Shown here: positions 1-10,883 of the stretch, piece by piece
How the letters are laid out: every line of letters starts with the position of its first letter
Position numbering within the stretch: the first letter of the stretch is position 1
Assembly: GCF_044647545.1 (NCBI RefSeq)
Contig: NZ_CP172818.1
Length of the DNA: 64,000 nucleotides
Source of the DNA: Escherichia coli
Lineage (GTDB): Bacteria; Pseudomonadota; Gammaproteobacteria; Enterobacterales; Enterobacteriaceae
Reading direction: 5' to 3' (one strand)
The notes under the pieces: model-generated
What the model saw: only the letters and a program-made list of their open reading frames with translations
Database searches by the model: none
Told to the model about the DNA's origin: nothing
Made by a program: the position numbers and the translations under genes

Positions 1-440
1 ATTGCCCCCAGCACACCATAAATCAGGCTACCGGTCATAAGCTGGACCACCGTACCCGTAATGGCGTAGTGCCAGTAATTGTAAATATCGACGTTCATCG
101 TTTTGGTCAGACGGGTGACCAGCATGGCGACATTGAGAAGAAAAATAACTGGGATAATCATGGCGCCAATGGCTGTCGCATAACCAACGCCGGAGGCAGG
201 GCCTGCGCCAACGTCAAAGACATGCAGGGCTAGGCCGAAACGCTCAATCATCACTTTGATAGGGGGACTGAGGCTGTCGATCGCCATGACGATCACCAGT
301 CCCATACCGACAAAACCAATCCCAACCGTTACCCCTGCCTTAATCGCCTGCAGCCAGGGGATGCGGAAGATAAGGCCAATCACGATCATGATGATAGGGA
401 CGAAAACGGTACCGCCGAGAGACAGGATGTAATCAAACAT
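1..440 (-). CDS. sgcC: PTS sugar transporter IIC component SgcC, N-terminal part only (gene runs off the window start)
   Basis: Reverse strand translates MFDYILSLGGTVFVPIIMIV... from ATG at 438-440; RBS AGGAGG at 445-450 (minus); followed by sgcB and sgcX as in K-12. Confidence 0.85.
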   Translation of the reverse strand, partial: MFDYILSLGGTVFVPIIMIVIGLIFRIPWLQAIKAGVTVGIGFVGMGLVIVMAIDSLSPPIKVMIERFGLALHVFDVGAGPASGVGYATAIGAMIIPVIFLLNVAMLVTRLTKTMNVDIYNYWHYAITGTVVQLMTGSLIYGVLGA

Positions 441-451
441 AATGCCTCCTT

Positions 452-730
452 TTATTGAGTTAACAGAGCCTTGATTTGTTGTTTTAACGCGTCGTCGTTG
501 ATCCCTGTGAGCAGGGCGGCGCCATTAAGCGTAGGGATGCCGTAATCACTGTTGGTTCGCATGGAGGTTACAATAAGGTCCATACCGTTACAGTTAAGAG
601 GGATCTCATTCAGACAGCATTGGGCGGTAGTGGCTGAAATGCCCTGTTCAGTCAGGAACTCTTGCAGCTTGTGTGCAATCATGGTTGAAGTCGACATGCC
701 GGTACCGCATGCCACAAGGATCTTTTTCAT
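452..730 (-). CDS. sgcB: PTS galactitol-like IIB component
   Basis: 92-aa ORF MKKILVACGTGMSTSTMIA... with the IIB Cys-phosphorylation motif; ATGA overlap with sgcX stop. Confidence 0.9.
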   Translation of the reverse strand: MKKILVACGTGMSTSTMIAHKLQEFLTEQGISATTAQCCLNEIPLNCNGMDLIVTSMRTNSDYGIPTLNGAALLTGINDDALKQQIKALLTQ

Positions 731-1848
731 AATGGATGTGCCTCTTGTGTAGTGCCTGAATCAGGCTCAACGGGGAAATGTGCTGCTGACATACCTGCCA
801 GAGCGGTCAATAGGCGGATGCAATCAGTCAAATCACGCAGGCTGGCAACCTCCGCCGGAGAATGGGTATAGCGACAAGGAATAGAGAGACTGGCGCAGGG
901 AATACCATCCTGCTCAACCTGGATATAACCGGTTTCTGTTATCACGCCGGGAGCCACTTCTCGCTGCACCGGAATGTTGTGTTCAAGAGCCGTCTGTTCC
1001 AACATCCGTATCAGGCGAGGAGGCGTGATTAATCCGGCCAGCGTTCCCCGACCATGGTAGTTCAGGCAGGTGATCCCAACGCCCTGATTAATCCTGACCT
1101 CGGAATAATCGTGTAAATCAGGGGTGTCACACGATGGAGTGATATCAATACCAATCGCCAGGTCAGGTTTTACACGGCGTAATACGGGAACAATGCCGCG
1201 GATATTAAATTCTTCCTGTACCGAAGCCACCAGATAAACGGCGATATCAAGCTCCATAGTACTGATAGCATCCGCTACACCGAGCAGGGCAGTACAGCCT
1301 AGACGATCGTCTAGTGCTTTACTGCACACCAGATCGTTTGCCAGGAGTTGCGGCGGGTTATACAGAGTGACAGGCGTACCGACCTGAATGCCCATCCGTA
1401 TAGCGTCGTCTTTGTCTTTGGCACCAATATCAATCCACAGTTTGTCGACAGAAGGTGACTGCGTGCGCTCGTCGCCTTTGGCAAAGTGGTAGGACTTAAT
1501 GCCGATACACCCCATGACTGGCCCTTTGTCCCCGGTGAGGGTGACGATGGAACCAGCCATAGTGACCTGCGCAGGACCGCCTACGCGTTCAAAGCGTAAA
1601 AATCCAGACGGCTCTATTTTGCGCACCATAAAACCGACTTCATCCATATGCGCAAAAATCATCAGTCGCAGCGCATCGGGTTTATCACTACCGTAGCGCG
1701 CGACGACATTCCCAAGCCTGTCTCGCCAGACCTCTTTTGCCTGACGCCTGAATTCGCACAGCATGACGTCAGCGACAGCGTTTTCGTGTCCTGAAATCGC
1801 ATTGTGCTGCAAAAGCGAGAACAGGGTTTCCTGCACAGAAAATGACAT
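727..1848 (-). CDS. sgcX: M42-family aminopeptidase/endoglucanase-like protein SgcX
   Basis: ORF 727-1878 opens at GTG; the ATG at 1846-1848 (MSFSVQETLF...) has a GGAG RBS and gives 373 aa. Confidence 0.85.
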   Translation of the reverse strand: MSFSVQETLFSLLQHNAISGHENAVADVMLCEFRRQAKEVWRDRLGNVVARYGSDKPDALRLMIFAHMDEVGFMVRKIEPSGFLRFERVGGPAQVTMAGSIVTLTGDKGPVMGCIGIKSYHFAKGDERTQSPSVDKLWIDIGAKDKDDAIRMGIQVGTPVTLYNPPQLLANDLVCSKALDDRLGCTALLGVADAISTMELDIAVYLVASVQEEFNIRGIVPVLRRVKPDLAIGIDITPSCDTPDLHDYSEVRINQGVGITCLNYHGRGTLAGLITPPRLIRMLEQTALEHNIPVQREVAPGVITETGYIQVEQDGIPCASLSIPCRYTHSPAEVASLRDLTDCIRLLTALAGMSAAHFPVEPDSGTTQEAHPL

Positions 1849-2633
1849 AGCTATCTCCGTAGACCGTAAAACAATCACTCGTTGAGCGTTTTATAGGCGC
1901 AGACTGGTCGAATAATTGTGAGAACGTTCACGTGAAAACGCGCAAAGCTGAACAAATAAAAAATTATGTGAGCCGAGTGGAATAAAAGCGCTCAACGTTT
2001 GTGAAAGTTACGGGCTGGAGAGACCAGTGATTATGGTTGAAATAATGAGGATGAATAAAACGCGGTAACTGTTATAGCACCACTTTGTTGCAGGACGCTC
2101 CCTCTTCATTACGTCCTGCACGTGGATACCCCAGCATCTCCATCAGCGGATCTTAGAATGTAATGGCGCGTGGCAGGTCGTTGGTTCCCAGCATAATGTA
2201 AGAAAACATCGGATCTCCTGAATAGATTCAGAGGGAGTATAGATAATCAGCTCAAATCACTCTCCGCTTTATGAGCCCAGGCTGGCATTGCCGTCAGATA
2301 ACGTTTTGCACGCTTATGTGCTTCCTCCGGGCCGACTTTTTGCCAGGAATCAAGGAAGCTGGCTAAACCTGATACCGCTTCTTCCCAGGGTTTGAGATTG
2401 CCGTTGCTGTCGCTGCATTACGCACAATATTGATCACTGGCACTGTGTGCATCTGGTGCCGACATCGGCATTCCGCAAGCCTGACAGAACTGTTCATGTT
2501 GTGACATATGATGCTCCTTATGGTGACATCTTGATTAATAAACATACTGAATATGTATTGTGCAGGTGATACATCAGATCAAAGCAAAGGTAAAGCCTCG
2601 ATATTTCCAGCCAGAAATACCGGGAACCTGTTG

Positions 2634-3380
2634 TTACCGGGCGATGAGTGCGAACACGCCCCAGCCAAAGCATTCCCGCGCGTAGGTCACGTAGCGTTTC
2701 GGCGCGATGTTTAGTTCGGCCCTGACTTCGGCGGCGAAGTCATCGTCAGGATTCGCTTCCAGCCAGCGGCGCATGGTCAGCCATTTTGCGGCTTCATACC
2801 GGTCCCAGCCTTCCTGGTCTGCCAGTACCATTTCCACCACGTCATAGCCGAGATCGTCGAACGCTCCGACAAGTCCTGGCAGCGTCAGGAAATCGCTTGT
2901 CGAGCTGACGCCGCAGGCCTGGGCTATTTCTTCTGTTGCTGGTAGCTGACGCCAGTAGGGTTCGCCGATAAGCATGATCCCGCCCGGTTTCAGGCTTTGC
3001 GCTAGCAGCTCCTCCGCCCCGGCAAACCCACCGGCAATCCATGTCGCGCCGACGCAGGCCGCCACGTCACATTTTTCATTTGCGACGTAACCGGCCGCAT
3101 CGTTATGAATAAAATGTACGCGTTCGCTGACGCCGAGTTCTTCCGCGCGACGCTTTGCCTGCGCGGTGAAGAGCGAACTCATGTCGATGCCAGTCCCCGT
3201 AATGCCATGATCCCTGGCCCAGGTGCAGAGCATCTCGCCCGAGCCGCTGCCGAGGTCAAGAATGCGGGTGCCCGGCTTCATGCGCAGCACGCGACCCAGC
3301 GTGGCGTACTTCTCTTCGGTGAACGGGTTATGGATGCGGTGTTCACTTTCGCTGATGGTAAAAATACGTGGGATATCCAT
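2634..3380 (-). CDS. yjhP: SAM-dependent methyltransferase (KpLE2 remnant)
   Basis: 248-aa ORF with methyltransferase motif ILDLGSGSGEM; position matches K-12 yjhP. Confidence 0.85.
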   Translation of the reverse strand: MDIPRIFTISESEHRIHNPFTEEKYATLGRVLRMKPGTRILDLGSGSGEMLCTWARDHGITGTGIDMSSLFTAQAKRRAEELGVSERVHFIHNDAAGYVANEKCDVAACVGATWIAGGFAGAEELLAQSLKPGGIMLIGEPYWRQLPATEEIAQACGVSSTSDFLTLPGLVGAFDDLGYDVVEMVLADQEGWDRYEAAKWLTMRRWLEANPDDDFAAEVRAELNIAPKRYVTYARECFGWGVFALIAR

Positions 3381-3435
3381 TATTTAATTCCTGTTATTGG
3401 GTTAAGCCTTAAAAAGGACACAACAAGATTGTTAT

Positions 3436-3981
3436 TCACGTCAGTGCTCCGGTTTCATCAGGGTCTGCGCACCGGATGTGGCCGGTCAGGGTCATGGGCT
3501 GAGCGGTGAGTGATTGCATCATCCAGCAGGCTTTGTGCTCCTCCGGGATGGGATAAGGTGCCGGATAGCCTTTGTCTCCGGCACAGGGTTCGAACCCATG
3601 TCGGGGGTAATAGGTGGCGTGGCCGAGAACAAAAACCGTCTGGCAGCCCATCAACCTCAGGTGCTCGATGCCAGTGCGTATCAACCGTCCTCCCACGCCC
3701 ATCCCTTGGTATTCCGGTATGACCGCCAGGGGAGCGAGGATGTGCATCAACGGTGAATCCATTTCTCCTTTGAAGGTTGCCCGGGTAAATAAAATATGCC
3801 CGACGGCTTTGCCTTCATACCGGGCTAGCAGCGATAACGCGGGGCGCGCGCTTTCATCCTCAAGTAAAGAGGCCACTAAATCGGCTTCTTTGCTGAAGCC
3901 AAATGCGCGGGTTTCGACTTCCCGGATATCACTGGCATCACTTTTATCTGTGATATGAAAAGTGAAGTGGTGTACTGTCAT
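3436..3981 (-). CDS. yjhQ: GNAT-family acetyltransferase, cognate antitoxin partner of TopAI
   Basis: 181-aa ORF, GNAT-like; immediately downstream of yjhX on the same strand. Confidence 0.85.
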   Translation of the reverse strand: MTVHHFTFHITDKSDASDIREVETRAFGFSKEADLVASLLEDESARPALSLLARYEGKAVGHILFTRATFKGEMDSPLMHILAPLAVIPEYQGMGVGGRLIRTGIEHLRLMGCQTVFVLGHATYYPRHGFEPCAGDKGYPAPYPIPEEHKACWMMQSLTAQPMTLTGHIRCADPDETGALT

Positions 3982-3992
3982 AGAAACTCTCC

Positions 3993-4250
3993 TTAGCGAT
4001 TATCGAGCTGAGCGCGAACTTTATTCAGCTCGGTGGTGTTGATTCGATAGGGCTGGCCATTGACGGACTTGATAAGTTTTTTGGTTTTGAGTTTTTTGAA
4101 GACGGCGAGCGTGCAGTCGGTCAGCAACAGCCCTTCGCGGCTGTAGCATTCAACGGAAGTGACGCGGCCTGAAGAATCGCGGACGTGCGCAATACGTCTA
4201 CCTTTAGCGAGAACGTGTAAGGTATGTTGTTCCTGACGGGATAAATTCAT
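3993..4250 (-). CDS. topAI: Topoisomerase I inhibitor toxin TopAI (YjhX)
   Basis: 85-aa [28 protein letters not shown]...; small toxin-sized gene upstream of yjhQ. Confidence 0.8.
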   Translation of the reverse strand: MNLSRQEQHTLHVLAKGRRIAHVRDSSGRVTSVECYSREGLLLTDCTLAVFKKLKTKKLIKSVNGQPYRINTTELNKVRAQLDNR

Positions 4251-4740
4251 ACTGAAGAACCTATTTAATCATCATGTGCAAAACGTGCAAACACACCGCG
4301 GTGTCCGCATTCGATTTCGGCGCATTGATAATCAGTCCGGCCTGAAAAGGTCGGGGAACTGATTATCGGATGATTACATTCTCCAGCATCAAAGCCTCGG
4401 GTTGAGTTGAAAGGTATTTACGGAGCGAATATTAACACGTAGTTATAGGAGGGATATGTTTCAGTAGAAAAAGTGTGATGTACTTTGGAAATTGAATGCC
4501 AACCCATTTACTGGAAAAGGCAGATGACACTGACGAATGCATGTTGAAGTACGCCTGAAATGGCCTCATCGGCTTTTCCCTTCGGGAGATTATTCTCCTT
4601 TTGTTAAATCCAGAACATAAATATGCTCACCCATCTTCGATGCTTGAAAAATTGAAGCCAATCCTGATAAGTAATTTTTTTGAAAGGGTATTTTCCGGAT
4701 TCACACCGGCTTTGATGAGTGAAAAACCGTTCTCTTTTAT

Positions 4741-4959
4741 TCAGTCAATCGTGGCGGTAATTGCTTCAATTGCATATCCCTGGCGAGCATAAGCGGGACT
4801 GATGGTATAGCCGAGCCAAAACACATCGCATTGCTGACGTAAATAGATATCACCAATCAAAACCTGCGTCATTTGTTGACAATGGCCAATTGAATATCGC
4901 GAGCAAGTGTAAGAACTCCCAGCAAGACCCTGTAAATAATTCTGTGTAACTGCCCACGA
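4741..4959 (-). pseudogene. 3' fragment of a GNAT (RimL-like) acetyltransferase gene, no plausible full-length ORF
   Basis: Minus-strand translation ...MTQVLIGDIYLRQQCDVFWLGYTISPAYARQGYAIEAITATID*; closed by an in-frame stop at 4960-4962; below the 60-aa ORF-track cutoff. Confidence 0.35.
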
Positions 4960-5035
4960 TTAAAGGTGGTCGCTCAGGCGGTCACCGTATTCGATAATAA
5001 ATGGGTCTGGAAAAAGTGCAGCATCTGGCAGCGTA

Positions 5036-6228
5036 ATGCAGGTAGCCCAGTTCAACTCTCACTACCAGTATGATCCCAAGTTCGAGCGCGGAATGTATCT
5101 GTATGAGCATCGTCGCTGTTTCAATAACATCATCGACTACTGTAACTCACTTTGCTATCACGGTAAGTTGCAGCCTAAAAGAGGGATGGAAAAAGGACGA
5201 TTTTCCCCGCAATGGGATATTTACATATTGATGGTAGAGGCATGAAGCCAAATGGAGGGAGCCGTCATAACCCTCTTGAAGCTGAAACAATAGCAGCATG
5301 GCTGGTGGCACATAAGGATGATATAGAGCGCCATTACGGGGAACCACTGTACAAAGTTGTTGGTGTTGTGACGCCATTTTCGGCGCAGGTTAATGCTATC
5401 AAAATGTCATTGCGTAAGCTGGAAATTAATGGCAAAGACGAGCAGGGTTTACTGACAGTGGGGACTGTGCACTCCTTGCAGGGGGCGGAAAGGGCGATTG
5501 TTCTCTTTTCTCCTGTCTACTCAAAACATGAAGATGGCAGGTTTCTTGATAGCAACAGCACTATCCTCAATGTTGCTGTCTCACGCGCTAAAGATAGTTT
5601 TCTGGTATTTGGCGATATGGACCTTATCGAGATGCAGCCCGCATTTTCGCCGCGAGGGTTATTGGCAAAATATCTCTTTTCTTCAGATAATAATGCGTTG
5701 CAATTTGAGTTTCAGAAACGACAGGATTTAATTTCCGCACATACACAAATTTCAACGCTGCATGGTGTGGAGCAGCATGATGAATTTTTGAACAAGACTC
5801 TTGCCGGAGCTCAAAAGAAAATAACGATTATTTCCCCTTGGTTATCCTGGCAAAAAGTGGAGCAAACGGGATTTCTGGCATCAATGGCTTTGGCCCGTTC
5901 CCGGGGCATTGATATTACCGTGGTGACGGATAAAAACTGCAATATAGCGCATGTCGATGATGATAAGCGTCAGGAGAAACAACATCTGCTGAATGATGCT
6001 GTTGAAAAGCTCAATAAGATGGGTATCGCTACGAAATTGGTTAATCGTGTTCACAGCAAAATTGTGATTGAGGATGAAGAACTGCTGTGTGTCGGATCTT
6101 TTAACTGGTTCAGTGCTACACGGGAAGATAAGTATCAACGATACGATACGTCTTTGGTGTACCGTGGTGAAGGCGTAAAAAATGAAATAAAGGCAATATA
6201 TGGTAGTCTGGATCAACGTCAGCTTTAA
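5036..6228 (+). pseudogene. yjhR: Frameshifted, 5'-truncated SF1 helicase C-terminal domain fused to a PLD-like (HxK) nuclease domain
   Basis: ORF 5036-5245 (..[11 protein letters not shown]..) continues in another frame as ORF 5212-6228 (..[15 protein letters not shown].., ..[20 protein letters not shown]..); no helicase N-terminal motifs upstream. Confidence 0.7.
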
Positions 6229-6810
6229 ATGTGATGAGCCGTTCATGATACAGGAGTAGTAAAGGGCATATTTTACCAATGTTAAGGCGACTTTCCGTTT
6301 TATTGCGAGTCGCCTTTCCTGATTATAAATCTTATTGTTTACCTAATCATTTTCCTTTGCATAATGCGCCTGGGATTAATGGCGGGTGCTTTTAGGAATG
6401 AAAGAAAATGCAAGCAATAATATAATAATGGCCTAATTTCTTTGAACATCATTAAGCATATCATCATCGTCTATTTGCCAGAATCCGTCGACTTATAATC
6501 GCCAGAACGGCATATCAGGACGGTGCTGCGAACGCTGTGGCCCAAAACGTTCCAGTAAACTGTGTAGATGTTCGTAGATTTCCGAGCCATAATCGAAAAG
6601 GCGCGGATGTCTATTAAGGCATCCGGCTAATCTGTAAGCAATAACAACGGTTTATGCGGTGCGCGTTTTTCACCCTTGTGCCAGATTATTATATTGGCAA
6701 TTGCCTGCTGTTCGAGCCCGCAAGTGAAGAGATATTACCTTGATCTCATTTGTTTTTTGTTGTCTACTCTGAGAACGAACAAGGACATCCCCCATGAATA
6801 AACTCCCCGC

Positions 6811-7791
6811 TCACCTTTCGCGCCAAAACTGCAAAATTGCTTCTACAAACCTGTCAGAAATAATCCCTCGACGGGCTGCCGCGCTGAAATGACTGCTTCG
6901 CAGTGCCGTCGTCCAGTTCTCCGGTGACCGGTACGCTGAACCGTAATATCCCGTGCTTAAATCGTCCGGATCTTCATCAGGCGCGTTCGTCAGTCCTCTT
7001 GCACCTTGTTGCTGGAAGTCGACGAAAATAATATTGGCTAGAACATTATTTTGATAATTGCCATAAATAGCTTCATACGCATGAGGGAAATTTTCTTTCC
7101 AGTACCAGGTGGTATCGCCGCAAAACCACGGCGCGTCAGTAATTTTATTAAGCTGAGAATGGTATTGTTTTAGATCCCTACGAAAGGCGTCAACCATATG
7201 ATTAAAGTGTTGAGGGTGTGACGCGTAGTCACTGGTCATTAAGTCAAATTCGCCTTGCATCCAGCATACGCCGAGGAATTTGTTCTGCGGATTTTTTGCC
7301 AGTGCGGCTCGCGTTCTGCTGACTAAATCCTGGTATAGCGGAGTATCCGTTCCCCAACGACAAGCATCATGGCTGGCTCCGTGCCGTTCTGAATATGTCC
7401 CTTCGCTGCCCGCGGTAAAAGCCGATCCGCCACGGCAACACGGAACGATGAGAACCCCTGCATTATCAGGAATAAAGGGCAGTAATTTCCGTGCTATATG
7501 TAGTGCCTGGCCAACGGTGCCGTACTGTGTTTGATGATTCGTTGCCAGAGGATGGTGATAACCCTGCATATCCTGAACATCGTGTGGGCAGTGAGTCAGT
7601 GGAATAATGTCGTTAAAGTGACATGACGGGCCTCCGGGATGTGTATGCGCAAATCTCGCTAATTGTTTAATTCTGGGATGAGGCGCATCTTCCTTGTCCG
7701 GTAATGGTAGTCCTTCGCCATACGCCATGGCATTAGACTGACCAGCAACGGTAAGAACATAGTAATAATCGGGCGATATTATTGCGTTCAT
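6811..7791 (-). CDS. nanS: 9-O-acetyl-N-acetylneuraminate esterase
   Basis: ORF 6811-7818; ATG at 7789-7791 gives MNAIISPDYYYVLTVAGQSNA... (326 aa). Confidence 0.85.
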   Translation of the reverse strand: MNAIISPDYYYVLTVAGQSNAMAYGEGLPLPDKEDAPHPRIKQLARFAHTHPGGPSCHFNDIIPLTHCPHDVQDMQGYHHPLATNHQTQYGTVGQALHIARKLLPFIPDNAGVLIVPCCRGGSAFTAGSEGTYSERHGASHDACRWGTDTPLYQDLVSRTRAALAKNPQNKFLGVCWMQGEFDLMTSDYASHPQHFNHMVDAFRRDLKQYHSQLNKITDAPWFCGDTTWYWKENFPHAYEAIYGNYQNNVLANIIFVDFQQQGARGLTNAPDEDPDDLSTGYYGSAYRSPENWTTALRSSHFSAAARRGIISDRFVEAILQFWRER

Positions 7792-7855
7792 ATAATTTTC
7801 GCGTAATACAAATGACAAATTGATAGCAAGGCCCCTTTACCGGGGCCCTGAAGCG

Positions 7856-8962
7856 TTAGTTTTGTACTGTGACTTTATTATCCTTCACAGAAATTAAAAC
7901 TGAATCCGTCACCGCTTTGCCGCCTGCAGTTTCACCGCCAATAATTAATAAACTATTATTCCAGGGCAATGATACTCCGTAGGCCCGACCTTGCGATAAT
8001 TCGCCCGATTTATCCCATTTCCCGTTATGCCAAAGATGAATATCAGCGCTATATGATTTTTTCAGGCCTTCATGCGCATAGTTCTTACCGTTCTGGTAAT
8101 TTTCTCGTGAACCTTTGAATCCGGCCCCTCCGGCAAATATAAGTGAGTCATTGCTCATGCCTGCAAAACCGCCAGCGACGCCATCTGGTGATGCGACGGG
8201 AGCAAGCTTATTCCATTTTAAATTATTACCGGTGAAATCAAGTTCAAATACGGCATCCGTTCGCAATCCTGGTTTGGCTTCGCCATTAATAAGCCAGGTT
8301 TTATCACCTTTATTCACAACCGCCGCACCAGCCGTTCCGTACCAGGGAGATTCGCCAGCGTAACTCCATTGCTGTGTAGAGGGATCAAAAGACAACAGAA
8401 ACTTATTGAAGAAATAATCTTCTGCTTTTTTGTCAAAATAGTGGGCGTTGATTTTATCTATAGTGGTTGAATCTTTTCCAGCTTCGTTGAGATCTTCAAA
8501 ATAGCCATTGAAGATATTCTGGTTAACACCGCCAGTAACATAAGCCTTGCCGTTGTGTACAAAAGTCACATGGCCCGCCATGCCCATCGGCGCGTGCGAC
8601 ATCAATTTAACCCAGCTATTGGTTTTGGGGTTGTATTTGTGTACGTCATTAAATACCTGAGTCAAGCCCTCGCTGTTTTTGCCAATGCCGCCAAACACAT
8701 ACAGATTACCATCAATAAATGCAGAGGTTGCTTGATCTCTCGGTCCACCAGGGAATGCAGCTAACGCTGTCCATTTTTTATCTTTGGCCTGTGTATCCAG
8801 CTTGTACCATGCTGTACCTGCGCTACCTAAACCAATGTAGACAGTGTCGTTATCAATTGCTCCGGTACCACTTTTAAATGGCACAGGAGTTTCCGGTAAT
8901 ACAGACGCGTTTGCGGCAAATGAAGCCATTATGATAGCAAGCGCCGTTATTGTTTTATTCAT
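7856..8962 (-). CDS. nanM: N-acetylneuraminate mutarotase (Kelch-repeat periplasmic protein)
   Basis: ORF 7856-9070; ATG at 8960-8962 (MNKTITALAIIMASFAANA...) with a signal peptide and GGAGA RBS. Confidence 0.85.
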   Translation of the reverse strand: MNKTITALAIIMASFAANASVLPETPVPFKSGTGAIDNDTVYIGLGSAGTAWYKLDTQAKDKKWTALAAFPGGPRDQATSAFIDGNLYVFGGIGKNSEGLTQVFNDVHKYNPKTNSWVKLMSHAPMGMAGHVTFVHNGKAYVTGGVNQNIFNGYFEDLNEAGKDSTTIDKINAHYFDKKAEDYFFNKFLLSFDPSTQQWSYAGESPWYGTAGAAVVNKGDKTWLINGEAKPGLRTDAVFELDFTGNNLKWNKLAPVASPDGVAGGFAGMSNDSLIFAGGAGFKGSRENYQNGKNYAHEGLKKSYSADIHLWHNGKWDKSGELSQGRAYGVSLPWNNSLLIIGGETAGGKAVTDSVLISVKDNKVTVQN

Positions 8963-8981
8963 TGTGACTGTCTCCTGTCTA

Positions 8982-9698
8982 CTACAGTTTAAATGATACA
9001 CCAATGCGATAACTGTTTTCCGATAAATTATCTCTGCCGTTGTAAACACCCTGACGGTCAAGGTAGTCATATTCTATGTATGGCGTAATATCGGGCGTCA
9101 TATGGTATTGTAGAACAAATGCATTTTCCGTCGCCCATTTCTTATGGTTTGCATAGCGATAATCGTTCTGTTTGCTGTATAGCGTCGTTTGCCATGCGAA
9201 GGTGAAATCACTATTAATATGGTAAGTGACATATCCATCCCAACGATGAACGTTATCACGAGACATATCACCGGATAAGTCTTGTTGTCGGTAAGCTTTC
9301 CAGTCGTAACGATAGCGAATGCCAAAATTAAGATCTTTTGTCGCGTCCCAGGACAGTTTTACGTAGGGTCCGTAGCGGGTGCCGTTGCTGCTAAAATGCG
9401 TTAACATTCCCGGGCGCACCGTCCATTGATCATCAAGTTTAATCGCGTAATTAACTTCAACCTGAACATCATTGAGTGCGGCATTTTCCTTTTTATTATC
9501 ATGAATGGTATTCCAGGTATTACTTTCCATGCTTGCCCACCATCCATTTTGCCATCCCTCACTGACTTTGAGTCGAGTCTCATAGGCATGGCTTCCGCTA
9601 CGATATCCACCACGTACGTCCAGTGTCGCAGCCTGAGAAATTAATGGTGACGAAAAGCACAGTAATAATACGCCAGAAAGTATTTTAGCCTTTTTCAT
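8982..9698 (-). CDS. nanC: N-acetylneuraminic acid outer-membrane channel (KdgM family)
   Basis: ATG at 9696-9698 gives MKKAKILSGVLLLCFSSPLISQA... (238 aa); beta-barrel C-terminal ...IGVSFKL. Confidence 0.9.
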   Translation of the reverse strand: MKKAKILSGVLLLCFSSPLISQAATLDVRGGYRSGSHAYETRLKVSEGWQNGWWASMESNTWNTIHDNKKENAALNDVQVEVNYAIKLDDQWTVRPGMLTHFSSNGTRYGPYVKLSWDATKDLNFGIRYRYDWKAYRQQDLSGDMSRDNVHRWDGYVTYHINSDFTFAWQTTLYSKQNDYRYANHKKWATENAFVLQYHMTPDITPYIEYDYLDRQGVYNGRDNLSENSYRIGVSFKL

Positions 9699-10121
9699 AA
9701 ATTTCACTCATTTGTAGGATACAGAAAGCAATACAAAGCCCGCATAAACAATTAGCATTTATGTTGTGTAATATTTTTTGCCAGGCTTATAGTGTCTTTG
9801 GCAATGGGTAGCTTATTTTATATTTTTTGTATAAGGTCTCCTGTGAAAATTCTCTTTTCACATTATTTAAATAAACAGAGAGCCAGATTAAATACCTGAG
9901 TATAAAATCTCTTCTGATGTTTAATTGATTTGAATGTTCGTAAGCTATATCACTTACTCAATCCATTTTACCCAGAGTCATAAAATAGAGTGTTTGTTGA
10001 TCTCATTTTCATATTCCTTTCAGACTGAAGTGCGTTTTCATCACCCGATGAGAAAGAACTGAAGTGATGTTTGCCATAGATTGCAAGATGCCCTGTCTCA
10101 TTGTCTATCGCGGTGCACCTT

Positions 10122-10136
10122 TATACCTGTTATACC
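10122..10136 (-). promoter_or_regulatory. Candidate NanR operator (two GGTATA hexamers, GGTATAACAGGTATA on the minus strand)
   Basis: Plus strand reads tatacc-tgt-tatacc, about 420 bp upstream of nanC. Confidence 0.5.
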
Positions 10137-10883
10137 AGATCAAAAATCACGCAATCCATACAACAAAACCAGATTTGCAATTCGTGTCACAAAATATGTC
10201 GATCTTTTTCTAAGAGGAAGATGCCATGTGAAGCCAGACGAACACTTGCGGTGGTCTTCAAAAACTAAAGATATTCTTTTAAATATCTGTTTTATAAATA
10301 ATTTATTTAGAGTCTAAATAAGGGAAGCTTTGTAAGCTAACTCAGTGAGCTTGGTGAAAATAAGTGTTTACCCGCCATCAGGCTTAGCATAATTCTCATC
10401 ATGAAATATGTTTCCTGGTTTGTGGCTTGTAACTGGTCACTCCTGAAGCCGATCTGGAGAGGCTTGTTGATGTTGGTGTTTTCAGGGTGATGCCTCACTT
10501 AGTTTGTTTGCCGTATCGCCCGGCGAACAGCTGTGATTGAGGAAGGTTTAAGTCGTAGTGACCAAAGCCATATTTACCAACGGATGCAGATGAAAAAATC
10601 GTTTCCTGCTTTCCCCCATATCTCCATGATAAAAAGGAATGTAACAATCTCATGGTCTAAACTGACGAACCAGCCAGGAATAATCGCTAGGGACCTAAGA
10701 ATTAGCATGATAATAGCCACTAAGAAATTACTGCGTTCCATGAAATAGCCATTTTGTGGCAAATGGAGTTGACTAATAATGTCATATGTGAGACGGCTAG
10801 TTGAGCGAATATTAAATTTTGCTGAATTTTTTATGTTGATTTTACTTGTTACAGAACATATCACATGATATATAGATAATAAG

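Noticed and set aside
4601-4792. 63-aa plus-strand ORF at 4601-4792
   Set aside because: It lies opposite the GNAT-fragment frame on the minus strand and lacks an RBS; the minus-strand GNAT-like translation explains this region better.
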